From Octopus vulgaris (lineage: Eukaryota), in the NCBI GenBank assembly GCA_951406725.2, contig OX597837.1:24428001-24492000 (forward strand): a stretch of 64,000 nt of DNA, written 5' to 3'. Shown piece by piece: positions 38,082-51,474 of this stretch. The position numbers were made by a program, and so were the translations under genes. Position 1 is the stretch's first letter. Every line of letters begins with the position of its first letter. The notes below the pieces were generated by a model. That model searched no databases. It had not been told where the DNA came from and saw only the letters and a list, made by a program, of their open reading frames with translations.

Positions 38082-38599
38082 ATGAGTGAACTTATGAATG
38101 TCGCTGTCGACGATGAAAGTTGGGGAGAAATTGTCCAGTTTGAGGGTCAGACGAGAAGAACTGAGAGATGCTACATCAACGAGTTGCCGGGTGAACTTAT
38201 AGCGAGGATCTTTCAGTACTTTCATCCTGTAGAGGACCAGTTGTCACTTTTGGCTTTTGTTTGTCGTAAATGGCGAGACGTACTAAAACATACAGCTACA
38301 CTGTGGCGATCATTACATATTAATCCGACACGGTATAGTTACTGGCACTTTAGTCTCGTCTGTTCTATATTTCGTGTTTACGGACATCACATACAGAAAC
38401 TTATATGGAGAGAACAGTCACCAGTCTACGAAAGCGTATTCTCTCTCATTCCCCGCTTGAGGAATCTGCGCTATCTTCGTCTACCAGTTTTGTGGACAAG
38501 AGCCGTAGTTGAGAGCCTGGCACCTCTCAGTAATATGGAACAGGTCCAAATCAATGGAGGTTTCTCTCTTACGGATGACGATCTTTTACAGATAGCACG
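38082..38599 (+). CDS. F-box/LRR-repeat protein, first coding exon
   Basis: F-box INELPGELIARIFQYFHP..LSLLAFVCRKWRDVL..LWRSL followed by LRR-like repeats; donor CG|GTAAGT in phase 2. Confidence 0.9.
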
Positions 38600-39799
38600 G
38601 TAAGTGACAAACATGACTTTTTCTTCCTATTTTTCTTCTTCATAAGTGGTAAAATATAACTGACGAAAGTAGCAGTAGTAATTGATGTTTAACCCCAGGT
38701 CAGTCTTGTTCAGGCATTCCTGTAATCAAATACGTTGCAGATGTGACCATCCCGTACATTTTATGTCCAAGCATAGCATGTCTAAGACTACATAATCAAA
38801 CACATCCTCATTGTTTTAAAACAGTACCGTATGACATAACGGAGATTAGGTTAATATTTCTAGCAGGGTGGGTGACCCTGTAGAAGTTTCCTCGTTGATT
38901 ACTACTACTACTAAAATTTGGATGGTTTTGTCCCATCACCAAACAGAGCAAGCCCTCTCACCCTTCCGATTATCACAGCTATCCTACTTCAATTCCAGCA
39001 TCTCCAAGATTTTGTCAACAATAGTAAAATATTATTTTCCTTCTCATTTACTATCAGCATGGCCAGGGCCTATGAGAGTGAGTGTCAGCCAGTCAGGGCC
39101 TGGAAAAACAAGGACACCCTTCCATCCATCTTTAGCAAAAGCTAAAGGAATCAGACAGGAGAAAAGTTCAGAACCCTAACTTTGGAAGTAACCCCTTCCC
39201 CATATCAGATCTTGAGAGTCGTTTTGTTCCATCTTTCCATCTTTCTCTTGGAGGCCCTTAACATAACTAAAATGCAAATTTAAAAAAATAAATAAATGCG
39301 CCCTTTTTAAAGCCTAGCCAAGCTCATGGGCCCAGTTTCTATGGCCTATGTGTTCCCCAGCTGGACTGGACGCCAGTCCATCGCAGCGTTACTCATTTTT
39401 GCCAGCTGAGTGGACTGGAGCAATTTGAAATGAAGTGTTTTCCTCAAGAACACAACGTGTCGCCCGGTCCAGGAATCGAAACCACAATCTTACAATCATG
39501 ATGCTGACACCCTAACCACTAAGCCACGCACCTCCACAAAATGCAAATTACTAGACATTTTATGTTTCTTTTTTTTTCTTTATTTGGCATCCTATAACCA
39601 ATGATTAATCTTTTTGAAAACTTAGCATACACTTGATATGAGTGAAATTGTTTTGTGTATGTGTGTGTGTGTGTGTGTATACATACTGGAAATTTGACTG
39701 GTGATATCTATCTATCTGTATATATAGCAAAAATTTAGATTCAGATGAATATGGTACTTAAGTTGAGGCACCAGAATTTAGTATGGTATAATCCATACA

Positions 39800-40100
39800 G
39801 TGGAGGCACATGGCCTAGTGGTTAGAGCAGCGGACTCGCGGTCAAGGGATCGTGGGTTCGAATCTCAGACTGGGCGATGTGTGTGTTTATGAGTGAAACA
39901 CCTAAGCTCCACGCGGCTCTGGCAGAAGGTAATGGCAAACTTCTGCTGACTCTTTCGCCACAACTTTCTCTCACTTTTTCCTCCTGCGTCATACAGCTCA
40001 CCTGTGACAGACCAGCATCCTGTCCAAGTGGGGAACCTATATGCCAAGGAAACCAGGAAACCGGCCCTAACGAGCCAGGGATGGCTCGAGAAGGAACAAA
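39800..40100 (+). mobile_element. tRNA-derived SINE family C
   Basis: tggcctagtggttagagc...ggttcgaatc; reverse copy at about 54760-54969. Confidence 0.75.
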
Positions 40101-40134
40101 CAATAATCCATACAATTTCAAAATAAGGTGATTG

Positions 40135-40411
40135 AAATCAAAATAATCAACAAGGATATCCAGAGGTAATGCGGTACGATCGTTTCAAGCAGCTCCATTT
40201 AATTGAACAACACAATCATTACATCAATTTAAATGCAGAGCAATCCTAATGTGTCCATCTGTTTTAATTTAATTAGATTCTATGTCTTTATGCAGCTGAG
40301 GATTGCTCTGCTTTTAAACTGATGTAATGATTGCATTGTGCAATTAAATGGAGTTGCTTGAAACGATTGTACTGCATTACCTCTGGATATCCTTGTTGAT
40401 TATTTTGATTT
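40135..40411 (+). mobile_element. Fold-back element with a hammerhead at 40290-40377
   Basis: Arms 40135-40247 / 40299-40411. atgcag CTGAGGA ... GAAAC gatt GTA ctgcat; the other arm keeps the palindrome ACGATCGT. Confidence 0.72.
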
Positions 40412-40416
40412 TATAT

Positions 40417-40502
<86 letters not shown>

Positions 40503-40633
40503 GATTAAAGGTTGTGTTAGGCTCATGAAGAGGTGGTGTCATCTGAGAAAATACTGGTTCAATATCTAATATTTTGGGGGAATTAATTTCCTTAAGATAA
40601 GAGGTAAATATATAAAAGCATATAGTTTATATT

Positions 40634-41038
40634 CATATAAAAGAAGAAGCAAAAAATGGAGATTGGGAAGTTAATAATTGTTTATTATTAATTACAAGTT
40701 AATCAGCATCCCTTACAGCTGTTTCAATTAATACTAAGTGCATTAATTAGATATTAAATTCATATGCCCTGAGCATAATATCTTCAGAGGGGAAAAAATA
40801 TACCTTTGGATGTTTCAAATATGTGTTTATGGATTCATTATAGAAGACTATAATGAATCCATAAAGACATATTTGAAACAGCCAAGGGCATATTTTTTTC
40901 CTCTGAAGATATGCTCAGGGCATATGAGTTTAATATTTAATTAATTCACTGAGTATTAACTGAAAAAAATGTAAGGGATGATGATTGATTTGCTGTTAAT
41001 AAGCAATTATTGACTTCCAATCTTCATTTTCTTTTATA

Positions 41039-41040
<2 letters not shown>
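40634..41040 (-). mobile_element. Fold-back element with a hammerhead at 40710-40791 (-) and a decayed copy at 40900-40977 (+)
   Basis: Imperfect palindrome centred on 40844-40847. - strand: ccct CTGAAGA tattatgctcag...cttagtattaatt GAAAC AGCT GTA aggg. Confidence 0.75.
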
Positions 41041-41115
<75 letters not shown>

Positions 41116-41869
41116 CAGACGTGGCTGTGTGGTAAGAAGCTTGCTTCCCAACCAATGGTTCCAGGTTCAGTCACTGCATGGCAACTTGGGGAAGTGTCTT
41201 CTACTATAGCCTTGGACCAACCAAAGCCTCGAAATTAGATTTGGTTGCCGGAAACTGAAAGAAACCTGTCAAATATAAATATATATGTGTGTATATATAT
41301 TGGCGTTAGGAAGGGCATCCAGCCGTAGAAACATTGCCAGATCAAACTGGGCCTGGTGCAGCCTTCTGGCTTCCCAGACCCCAGTTAAACCGTCCAACCC
41401 ATGCTAGCATGGAAAGCAGACACTAAACGATGATGATGATATATATATATATATATATGTTAATTAGAGGATACATTAAGCTCATAGAGTGTGAGGAGGG
41501 ATGGTTAGAGATGTTGTAGAGGTGACTGTAGCAAGTGATGGTGAGAGATACAGGAGTGGCTCAGGGGGGAGCTATGGTAGATATGTGAGGGCATAGAGAC
41601 TGAAAGCACCATCCGATCGTGGCAGTTTGCCAGCCTCGTCTGGCACCTGTGCCGGTGGCACGTAAAAAGCACCCACTACAATCATGGAGTGGTTGGCGTT
41701 AGGAAGGGCATCCAGCCGTAGAAACATTGCCAGATCAGACTGGGCCTGGTGCAGCCTTCTGGCTTCCCAGACCCCAGTTGAACCATGCAACCCATGCCAG
41801 CATGGAAAGTGGAAGCAAAACCTGGAATCAAAGTGTCTTAAAGTTAACTAGTGCAAGCTATGGGCACTC

Positions 41870-42460
41870 AAGGGATGTAGTGGAATCACAAGAATGTTTA
41901 TGGAGAAAACAGTGGTTGTGTGTGGAAGATACACAGGAGTCCTAAAGTCTACAGGTACACAGGAAATCGATTTTCTCAAATGCCTCAGAGGGTTCCTAGA
42001 AATTGTAGATAGTTTCTGTTACTTAAGTAACCAAATTAGTAAAGGAGGTGGATGTTTTGAAAGCATAATTGTTAGAATAGGAATAGGATGGTTCACAGAG
42101 TTATTATTTCTGATGGCAATATAAGGCCTCTCTCTGAGTGAAAGACAAACTGTATGATACTCATGTATAATGGCTAGGCTCCATTATAATGAGAGTGGGC
42201 CTTGAATGAAGAAGACTTGTGAAGACTGGAGATGAATGAAGCTAATATGCTCCAATGGATGTACAATGTCAGTGCGCATGTATGACAAAGTCTGTAAAGG
42301 CAAAAATTGGGCATAAAAGGTATCAGATGTATTATACAAGAGAGAAGACTATGATGGTTTGGATATGTGAGGTATATGAATGAAAACAGTTATATAAAGA
42401 CTTACTAATCACTTAAAGTGGATGGAACCTACAGAAGAAGGATGCCCGGGAAAATTCTGG
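41870..42460 (+). pseudogene. Decayed RTE LINE RT C-terminal fragment
   Basis: LEIVDSFCYLSNQISKGGGC..IVRIGIGW, followed by broken RTE C-terminal motifs. Confidence 0.65.
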
Positions 42461-43400
42461 TACCAAGAGTTTGGTTCCAATACTGAGCCATACTTTGCAA
42501 CAGTTCCACATTGTTTTTAAAGTTCTCATGGACAGGCTTTACAGTCTCCATTCTGTAACTCTAACTGGGCTTCAGATGCAGATTTTACAACTATCAAGAT
42601 GGCATATTTCAGCTTTTGCTAGCAGTATGTTGAACAAAAAAAAAATGAATTAACTGAAAAAAAAACCCACTATCAGTAGATCAGAGTAAATGTTACATAT
42701 TCCAGACAAACTCAGAAAAATATTATTGTAGTTTACAGAAATAACTTTGAAGTCTTTTCATTATCCCTTTATTGAAGACTGTTTTTATAAACAGCCATAC
42801 TGGCAGCTTCGTCATAGCATTGAGATTGACATTTTTATGTAGTTGGTGTTAGGAAGGGCATCCAGCCGTAGAAACACTGCCAGATCAGACTGGAGCCTGG
42901 TGCAGCCTTCTGGCTTCCCAGATCCCCGGTTGAACCGTCCAACCCATGCTAGCATGGAGAACGGACATTAAATGATGATGATGATATTTTGTCTTTCACA
43001 AGTTGATCTAAAATTATTCCATCAAGTTTATAACATCTTTTCATTTTATTTGGATAACTGGCTCTCCATCAGTTATGATAATGAGGGTTCTGAACAACAG
43101 AACAGCCTGCTTGTGAATTAAAGTCGTTGAGTACTCTACAGGTATGTGTAATCTTAATGTAGTTCTCAATGAGATTCAGCATAACACAGAATGTGACAAG
43201 ACTGGTCCTTTGAATTATAAGTACTGCTCACTTTTGCCTGATGAGTGGACTGGAGAAACACAAAATAAAGTGTCTTGCTCAAGGATGCAACACCACTGAG
43301 AATCAAACTCACAACTTAGTGATCATGAGCCAAATATCCTAATCACGTCTTTTTTTAATTGGATAGCTTCACAAGAAAAGACTCTTATGAAAAAAAACAA

Positions 43401-43567
43401 TAGGTGTAGTAGTGGCTGTGTGGTAAGTAGCTTGCTTACCAACCACATGGTTCCGAGTTCAGTCCCACAGCGTGGCACCTTGGACAAGTGTCTTCTACTG
43501 TAGCCTCGGGCCGACCAAAGCCTTATTAGTGGATTTGGTAGATGGAAACTGAAAGAAGCCCGTCGTA

Positions 43568-43632
<65 letters not shown>

Positions 43633-43857
43633 GTATGTATGTGTGTGTATATGTTTGTGTGTCAGTGTTTGTCCCCCCAACATCGCTTGACAACCGATAC
43701 TGGTATGTTTACGTACCCATAACTTAGAGATTCGGCAAAAGAGACCAATAGAATAAGTACTAGGCTTACAAAGAATAAGTCCTGAGGTCGATTTGCTTGA
43801 CTAAAGGTGGTGCTCCAGCATGGCCATAGTCAAATGACTGAAACGAGTAAAAGAGTA
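43401..43857 (+). mobile_element. SINE family A
   Basis: Full head to tail. Further copies at about 46584-47025, 47718-48125, 53273-53686 and 55652-56236 (all -). Confidence 0.8.
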
Positions 43858-44715
43858 ATTATTTTCTCCTTAAAATTAATATCAATATAAGGAAGATGCT
43901 ACTTGCTCTTGATGCAGTCAGACAGGAAGACCAGATATAAATGGATACTATATAGTAATTTATGGTGAGCAATAGAAGCTGTAAGTTGAATATATTCAAT
44001 ACTAAGAGAGAAACCTAGGACACTCATTGATGGTTCTTTTTCACATTTCTGAGGCAATCAAACTTTACCAAGAATTTTAATAATCCTACAAAACTCTCAA
44101 ACTTGCTTCCCCGTTCCTGTCTATCAGATTCTTTGTCACCATTCATTGCAAAGCTTTGTGTTGCTAAACTTTTATGCAGCGAGGAATTCTGTGAATCATC
44201 ATCATCATCATCATCGTCTAACGTCCGCTTTCCATGCTAGCATGGGTTGGACGGTTCAACTGGGGTCTGGGAAGCCAGAAGGCTGCACCAGGCCCAGTCA
44301 GATCTCACAGTGTTTCTACAGCTGGATGCCCTTCCTAACACCAACCACTCCATGAGTGTAGTGGGTGCTTTTTACGTGCTACCAACACAGGTGCCAGACG
44401 AGGCTGGCGAATGGCCACGCTCAGATGGTGATTTTTATGTGCCACTGGCACAGAGGCCAGGCAAGGCTGGCAACGGCCATGGTCGGATGGTGTTTTTTAT
44501 GTGCCACGGGCACGGAGGCCAGTTGATGCGGCGCTGGCTACAGCCACGTTCGGATGGTTCTCTTACGTTATAATTTTGAAACTTAATTTAGTTTGAAGCT
44601 TTTTATCAATGATTCCCCTATTTTCTAAAGCTTTCCATAGCCTTCTCTTATTTTGAAAATACTTCTAGTCATCCTTAAAGATGACTGATGACATGCACAG
44701 TGTGACTTTGTTTGA

Positions 44716-45131
44716 CCCTTTAGCATTCAGATTATTCTGTCAAATGTAATGTTTATTTATTCACATTGATTTAAATTAACCATGCTTTGTTTCAATAATG
44801 TGATTGTTTACTTTTAATATGACATTGTATGGTAGGTGTAAGAGACCAGATTATTTACATTATTTACATTTGACGGATATTTGTCCTCATCCTGTTTGTT
44901 AACACACTTCGGCTGATATACTTTCCAGCCTTGATGAAGGCTGGAGGGTATATCAGCCAAAACATTGTGTTAGCAACAAACAAGATGAGGAGAAATATCC
45001 GTCAACTGTAAATAATGTACATAATTCCTCATCTCTTAAATATAGAACAATAATAAACCAGATTTGGCCAGTTTGAGCATTAAAGAAGTAGAGTATTTTC
45101 ACCAGATATGATTGGTTTAAATGCTAAAGGA
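44716..45131. mobile_element. piggyBac-type MITE interrupted by a fold-back hammerhead element
   Basis: Matches the uninterrupted copies at 60635-60856 and 52916-53135. Confidence 0.7.
44853..45056 (+). mobile_element. Fold-back hammerhead-like insertion with an 8-bp TSD
   Basis: Palindrome about 44850-45025 centred near 44934; TTGATGA a GGCTG gagggtatat CAGCC aaaac. accagatt is duplicated at 44845-44852 and 45057-45064. Confidence 0.7.
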
Positions 45132-45137
45132 TTAAAG

Positions 45138-45382
45138 CAGTGGTTCTCAACCATTTTTTATCTATGGACCCCTTTGATTCCTATTTTCCTTGGGTGGACC
45201 ATTCAATGTCTAAAAAAATCCTCTGATATTTTTAGAATTAAATATTATTAGGAATTTTATTAAAAATCAGTTGAAACATTTGGTGTATTGTAAAAGTATG
45301 ACCAACTTATTGCACATAAACTTTAACAAAAAATCTTATATGAACTCCCAAGGGCCATATGGACCCCAGTTGAGAACCACTG
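45138..45382. mobile_element. hAT-type MITE
   Basis: CAGTGGTTCTCAAC ... GTTGAGAACCACTG, with a degenerate 8-bp TSD gattaaag / gtctaaag. Confidence 0.75.
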
Positions 45383-45487
45383 GTCTAAAGTGAAGAAAAG
45401 TTGTGCATCATCAACTTGAAAAATTGTTAAAATAATTATTTTCCTATTTTTCTTATCATGAAACCAATGGTAGCCTTAATTCACACG

Positions 45488-45563
<76 letters not shown>

Positions 45564-45589
45564 ACCACCACCACCACCACCACCTCCAT

Positions 45590-46260
45590 TTGGATTAAAT
45601 GCAGAATTTTTAAAGCATTGGGTAAACATTTCCTGCCGTTTAGATCATACAGAAAGATTCTTGGTGAAACTTGTCTATTCTACTTCACCAAATGTTGCCC
45701 TGTACAAAGCTTAGATTCAACAACATAAAACTATACACCCAATTCCCTTCTTCTAGGACACCTAAATTAAATAATAGCATCAGCCCACCAGGATTTAAAA
45801 TTCAGAGTAATAATATGCATGTTAACACAACAGGAAGTGGTGATCCTATCTTATCTAATCAAGTAAATTATTTCTGTAATTGTAGGAATATATCCATGTG
45901 TCCTCTAAACAGTTATTGCGTTAGTGGCAACATAGTATATAAATGTTTCTGTACATGCACTAGGAAATGTATATGTTTACATTGGGGCTATCTCAATTTA
46001 AATGTAGATATTATAACCATACTTGCAGCTTTAGGGAGAGAAAAATTAACATTACATCTTTTGATGGTTTTCTCTGGATGTTTACTGATAAAGGAATCAA
46101 GCACAAAATAGTGTGGTCCATTATATGTAAGACACAGCCATACAAAGGTAGTAACGGTGTTTGGAATTTGGGCATAACAGGGGCTTATGAAATAATTAAG
46201 TGCAAACTGAATATTATCAACCAAAGAGGTGACATAATAATAATAAATCAAATTAAATAA
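45590..46260 (+). pseudogene. Decayed PLE zinc-finger/GIY-YIG endonuclease fragment
   Basis: CNCRNISMCPLNSYCVSGNIVYKC, then frameshifted VYIG and FKCRYYNHTCSFR...IKHKIVWSII. Confidence 0.7.
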
Positions 46261-46795
46261 TAATAATAAATTGCCCGCATTTGTACAACATGTCATTCCA
46301 ACACAATACAAAATATTAACATAACAGCTTTATTTAAATACTTGATTAACAATACTTCAACTGGAAACCTTATATGCATATCTCCTATAGGACATTATAA
46401 CCTCTATCTTCAGCTTTTCCAGATTTCTTCTCTTTCTCCCTTAATTTACCCTAATCAGTTTATCTAATCTCAGTTCAAATGAACTAATTTGATCAGCAGC
46501 TCAGCACTACCCCTAAGGAATACTGATATGTATGGATTTTGATTTGTTGATTAACTTTAATCATTAAAATATCATCTGGTTAACTCTTTACTCTTTTACT
46601 TGTTTCAGTCATTTGACTGTGGCCATGCTAAAGCACCACCTTTACTCAAGCAAATCGACCCCAGGACTTATTCTTTGTAAGCCTAGTACTTATTCTATAG
46701 GTCTCTTTTGCCAAACTGCTAAGTTATGGGGATGTAAACACACCAGCATCGGTTGTCAAGTGATGGTGGAGGGACAAACACAGACACACAAACAT

Positions 46796-46856
<61 letters not shown>

Positions 46857-47282
46857 TACAACGGGCTTCTTTCAGTTTCCATCTACCAAATCCACTCACA
46901 AGGCTTTGGTCGGACCAAGGCTACAGTAGAAGACACTTGCCCAAGGTGCCACGCAGTGGGACTGAACCCAGAACCATGTGGCTGGTAAGCAAGCTACTTA
47001 CCACACAGCCACTACTATGCCTATAACTACAAATATTTCAGGTACAACGGTTATACAATGTCCATTTTGTACCATTAATCTTTTTATACCTTTACCATTA
47101 TTTACCCACTCACATATAATCTAGTGCTTGAACAATACAAATAGTTTATTCCAAATGTGGCTCTTTAGATTGATCTTAGGTTTTATTTCCTGCACTTTTT
47201 TTCACCTGATTTTACCTTATCTTATTTATTCAATTACAAATTATTTGTTTATCTATCCATATACTTTTATCTCGTTATATCC

Positions 47283-47697
47283 ATTTCCTTATTACCCACA
47301 AGGGGCTAAACGTAGAGGAGACAAACAAGGACAGACAAACGGATTAAATAGATTACATCCTCCCCAGTGCGTAACTGGTACTTAATTTATTGACCCCGAA
47401 AGGATGAAAGGCAAAGTCAACCTCGGCGGAATTTGAACTCAGAACATAACGACAGACAAAATACCTATTTCTTTATTACCCACAAGAAGCTAAACACAGA
47501 GGGGACAAACAAGGACAGACATAGGTATTAAGTCAATTACATCGACCCCAGTGCGTAACTGGTACTTAATTTATTGACCCCGAAAGGATGAAAGGCAAAG
47601 TCAACCTCGGCGGAATTTGAACTCAGAACGTAATGACAGACGAAATACCGCTAAGCATTTCGCCCGGCATTCTAACGATTCTGCCAGCTCGCCACCC
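47283..47697 (-). mobile_element. SINE family B (2 units)
   Basis: Matches 4527-5124; ttttatctcgttatat is duplicated on both flanks. Confidence 0.75.
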
Positions 47698-48433
47698 TTT
47701 ATCTCGTTATATACATTTATCTTTTATCTTTCACTTGTTTCAGTCATAAGACTGTGGCTATGCTGGGGCACTACCTTGAAGAATTTTTAGTCAAGTGAAT
47801 TGACTCCAGTACTTAATTTTTTTAATGCCTGGTGCTTATTCTATTGGTTTCTTTTGCTGAACTGCTAAGTTACAGGGATGTAAACACACCAATTCTGATT
47901 GTCAAGTAGTTGGGAGGGATGGGGACAGATACAGACATCAAAGACACATACACATATATATGATGGGCTTCTTACAATTTCCATATACCAAATCCACTCA
48001 CAAGGCTCTGGTCAGTCCAAGGCTATAGTAGAAGACACTTTCCCAAGGTGCCACGCAGTGGGACTGAACTCAGAACCATGTGTTTGGTAAGCAAGCTTTT
48101 TACCACATAGCCACACCTGTACCTAATTATAACTTATTTAACAGTAAAAAAATAGTGAAAATATTTTAACTCATATAATCGTTAACAAAGTAGCCTATCT
48201 TAGTTTGAATCAGTATAAATGCATGAATATTGTCTCCCCATATATTTTTTGTATGTAGTAAGTCCTTGGCATTGAGACAATTAAATAATATTTTAATCCG
48301 TTTTCGTTAATTAATTAACTATTAATCTCCAAGTATTATATCACTACATTGAAATTAGTGCTCTGTGATATATTGTACATGTGTGAGAGTGTGCGCACAC
48401 ATACATGTGTGTGTGTGTATGTGTGTGTGTGCG

Positions 48434-48464
<31 letters not shown>

Positions 48465-49090
48465 ACGTGTGTGTGTGTGTGTCTGTGAACATAGGTATGG
48501 AGAAAAGTATATGATTGTACTTGTTAATACTCACGTATGAATGTATGAATATGTGTGCTAAAGTGTTTGTGATTATTCACGCACGTAAAAAGCATCATCC
48601 GACCATGGCCATTTGCCAGCCTCGCCTGGCCCCCGTGCCGGTGACACGTAAAAAGCATCATCCGATCGTGGCTGTTTGCCGACCTCATCTGGCACCTGTG
48701 CAGGTGGCACGTAAAAAGCACCCACTACACTCATGGAGTGGTTGGCATTAGGAAGGACATCCAGCTGTAGAAACACTGCCAGATCAGACTGGGCCTGGCG
48801 CAGCCTTCTGGCTTCCCAGACCCCAGTTGAACCGTCCAACCCAGGTTAAACGATGATGATGCTGATGAGAATATTCATGTAGGGATCCTATACCAAGGTT
48901 CTTGAGAAAGCACTGCCATTCCTCAAAACCAACTTAAGCCCTCCTTTCTGTTTCTGAACTTTCATTTGATTCTAAGCCTTATTTTGTTCTCCTTTTATGT
49001 CTCTCTCTTTCTACTGACTATATGCCTTATTCATTATTCATTATTCATTCATTTATCTATTTATTTATTTATTCTATTATTCATCTAAAC

Positions 49091-50582
49091 TAATGGTTTT
49101 CAACTATTTTTTATCTATGGACCCCTTTAATTACTGTTTTACTCGAGTGGACCCCTATCGTCACTCAATGTTCAAACACTAGTTTTATAGAAACTTCTTT
49201 CAAAATTCCTATTTCGTTTTTCACATATTAACTCATATAGGTTGAACTATGTAAAATGTCAGTGAAGAAACCTAGCTGTTTTCTTGCAATTTCTCTCTAT
49301 CCGCTCAGTCAAAGTCGACTCTCGGTTACTCGATGGATCAGTGTCCTCCAGTCAGTTCTATCCTGGGCCGCTTCTTTCAGATTGGCTATGTCCATTCTGG
49401 CATCCCTCTTGATGGTGTTAAGCCAGCGGGTTCTTGGTCGGCCTCTTCCTCTCTTGCCACCGACCATTCCGAGCATGATGTCCTTCTCCAGGGATTTTCT
49501 CCGCATAATATGATCGAAATATGCCAATCTATGCTTGGTGATCCCTAGCTTCTAGCGACATTTTTGGCCTGATCTGCTTAAGAACTTCTCCATTGGTGAG
49601 CCTCACTGTCCATGGAATCCGCAAAAGTCTTCTCCAACACCAAAGCTCGAATGCATTAATTCTCTTCTGGTCAGCTTTCTTTAGTGCCCAGGTCTCGCAT
49701 CCATATGTTGCTATTGGGAAGACAATTGCATTCTTGCAATACATACATCTAAAGCAAAATTTTTTCAGGGGTCCTTAAAATACTATTGGGGATCCCCAAT
49801 TTACTATTTTGCTGCATGGATCCCTAAAATCTCAGGGGCCATATGGATCATGGTTGAGAACTGCTGATCTAAACTGATGGTTCTCTATTTTTTTTTACCT
49901 ATGGACCCCTTTGACTACTATTTTATTCTGGTGGACCCCCATAGCCATTCAATGTTTAAAAACTAGTTTTATAGAAACTTATTTCAAAATTCCTATTTTG
50001 TTTTTCACCCATTGACTTGTGTAAGTTTGTGTAGACTCTCAAAGAGAACATTTTTTTCTGTGGCCAGAAACATGTTAAACTACAAGCATTAGAGAAAGAA
50101 ACCTAGCTGTTTCTCGCAATAAATATAAAAAATAAGGTAGAAAGCTACCCTCCGAGGCACAAGTTCAGGCAAGGTTATTTATGGAAGACCAGCAGTTGTC
50201 CATGCATATCAGCGTCCCCTTTACACACCACTGATATTATCCAAAGGAAAGACAAAGGCCTATACAGCTTGATACCAGTGATGTCACAACTCATTTCTAC
50301 AGCTGAGTGAACTGGAAAAATGTGAAATAAAGTGTCTTGTCCAAGAACACAAAAAAACAGTCCAGTCCAGGAATTGAACTCACTATCTCATGATTGTAGC
50401 CTGATGCTCTAACCACTGAGCCATGAGTCTTTACCCTCACAAAAAAAATATCTAAAGTAAAATGTGTCCATGGTCCCCTGAAAACACTACCATGGATTCA
50501 CGATTTACTATTTTACATTTGTGAACCCTCAAAAATCTTAGATGGACACCCAGATCATATAGACCCTTGTTGAGAACGAGTG
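49091..50582. mobile_element. Two tandem hAT-type MITEs, each carrying a nested retroelement
   Basis: atctaaac at 49083-49090 and 49867-49874, atctaaat at 50583-50590; termini resemble 45138-45382. Confidence 0.7.
49291..49730 (-). mobile_element. 5'-truncated RTE (BovB-like) LINE
   Basis: PIATYGCETWALKKADQKRINAFELWCWRRLLRIPWT and SLEKDIMLGMVGGKRGRGRPRTRW; TSD ttcttgcaat at 49281-49290 / 49731-49740. Confidence 0.85.
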
Positions 50583-50858
50583 ATCTAAATTAATATTATC
50601 ATGGTCAACCTATCTTTCTTTGGAAAATAGTTCTAGCTTCAGTAACCATATTTTCCTTTGAAACCAATTTCTTTGAAAACCTATTTTGTTATTTACATTT
50701 TTACTTTTCCGATTATTTTAATTTTTAATGTTTTTATTTTATTTCTGACTTTACTATATTCATCTACTGCTTCTCTCTTTGAATTTGAATGATATATGGT
50801 AACTATTCTTTTCAAGCAAATCATAAATGGCAACATGCTGAATACATCTATTACTCGT

Positions 50859-50900
<42 letters not shown>

Positions 50901-50917
50901 GTGTGTGTATGTTTGTA

Positions 50918-50962
<45 letters not shown>

Positions 50963-51039
50963 TACACACACATATATACATACATATATATATATAGACA
51001 TATATATACATATATATACATATACAAATATATATACAA

Positions 51040-51082
<43 letters not shown>

Positions 51083-51130
51083 ATATAGAGAATTATATAT
51101 ATATATATGTGTGTGTGTTTGTGTGTATGT

Positions 51131-51175
<45 letters not shown>

Positions 51176-51474
51176 GGGTCAGCTTACCCTCTGTAGTAGA
51201 CTTGCTGTTTTCAACTACCATATATCATTCTGAGGATTAATCTGTTAGTTTGCTTCCCAGCACCATTGTATGTATGGGTGTACACACACACACACACACA
51301 TATATATTTATTTATATATGTATTTATGTGTATAATTTATATGCACATAACTTACAAAATTATGAAACAGCTGTAAATGTATGGAATAAATGTTTATTCT
51401 CGACCTCACTTCTCTTATCTGTTCTATGATGATGATGATGATGATGATGATAATATGTGTAACTACATGTGGCC

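Noticed and set aside
43238-43262. CTGATGA...GAAAC hammerhead-like match
   Set aside because: Chance mutations within a SINE body (consensus gctgagtggactggagcaa); no stems or cleavage triplet.
46510-46545. Possible hammerhead downstream of the PLE remnant (ctaagga atac..gtat)
   Set aside because: Both core boxes are too decayed to call.
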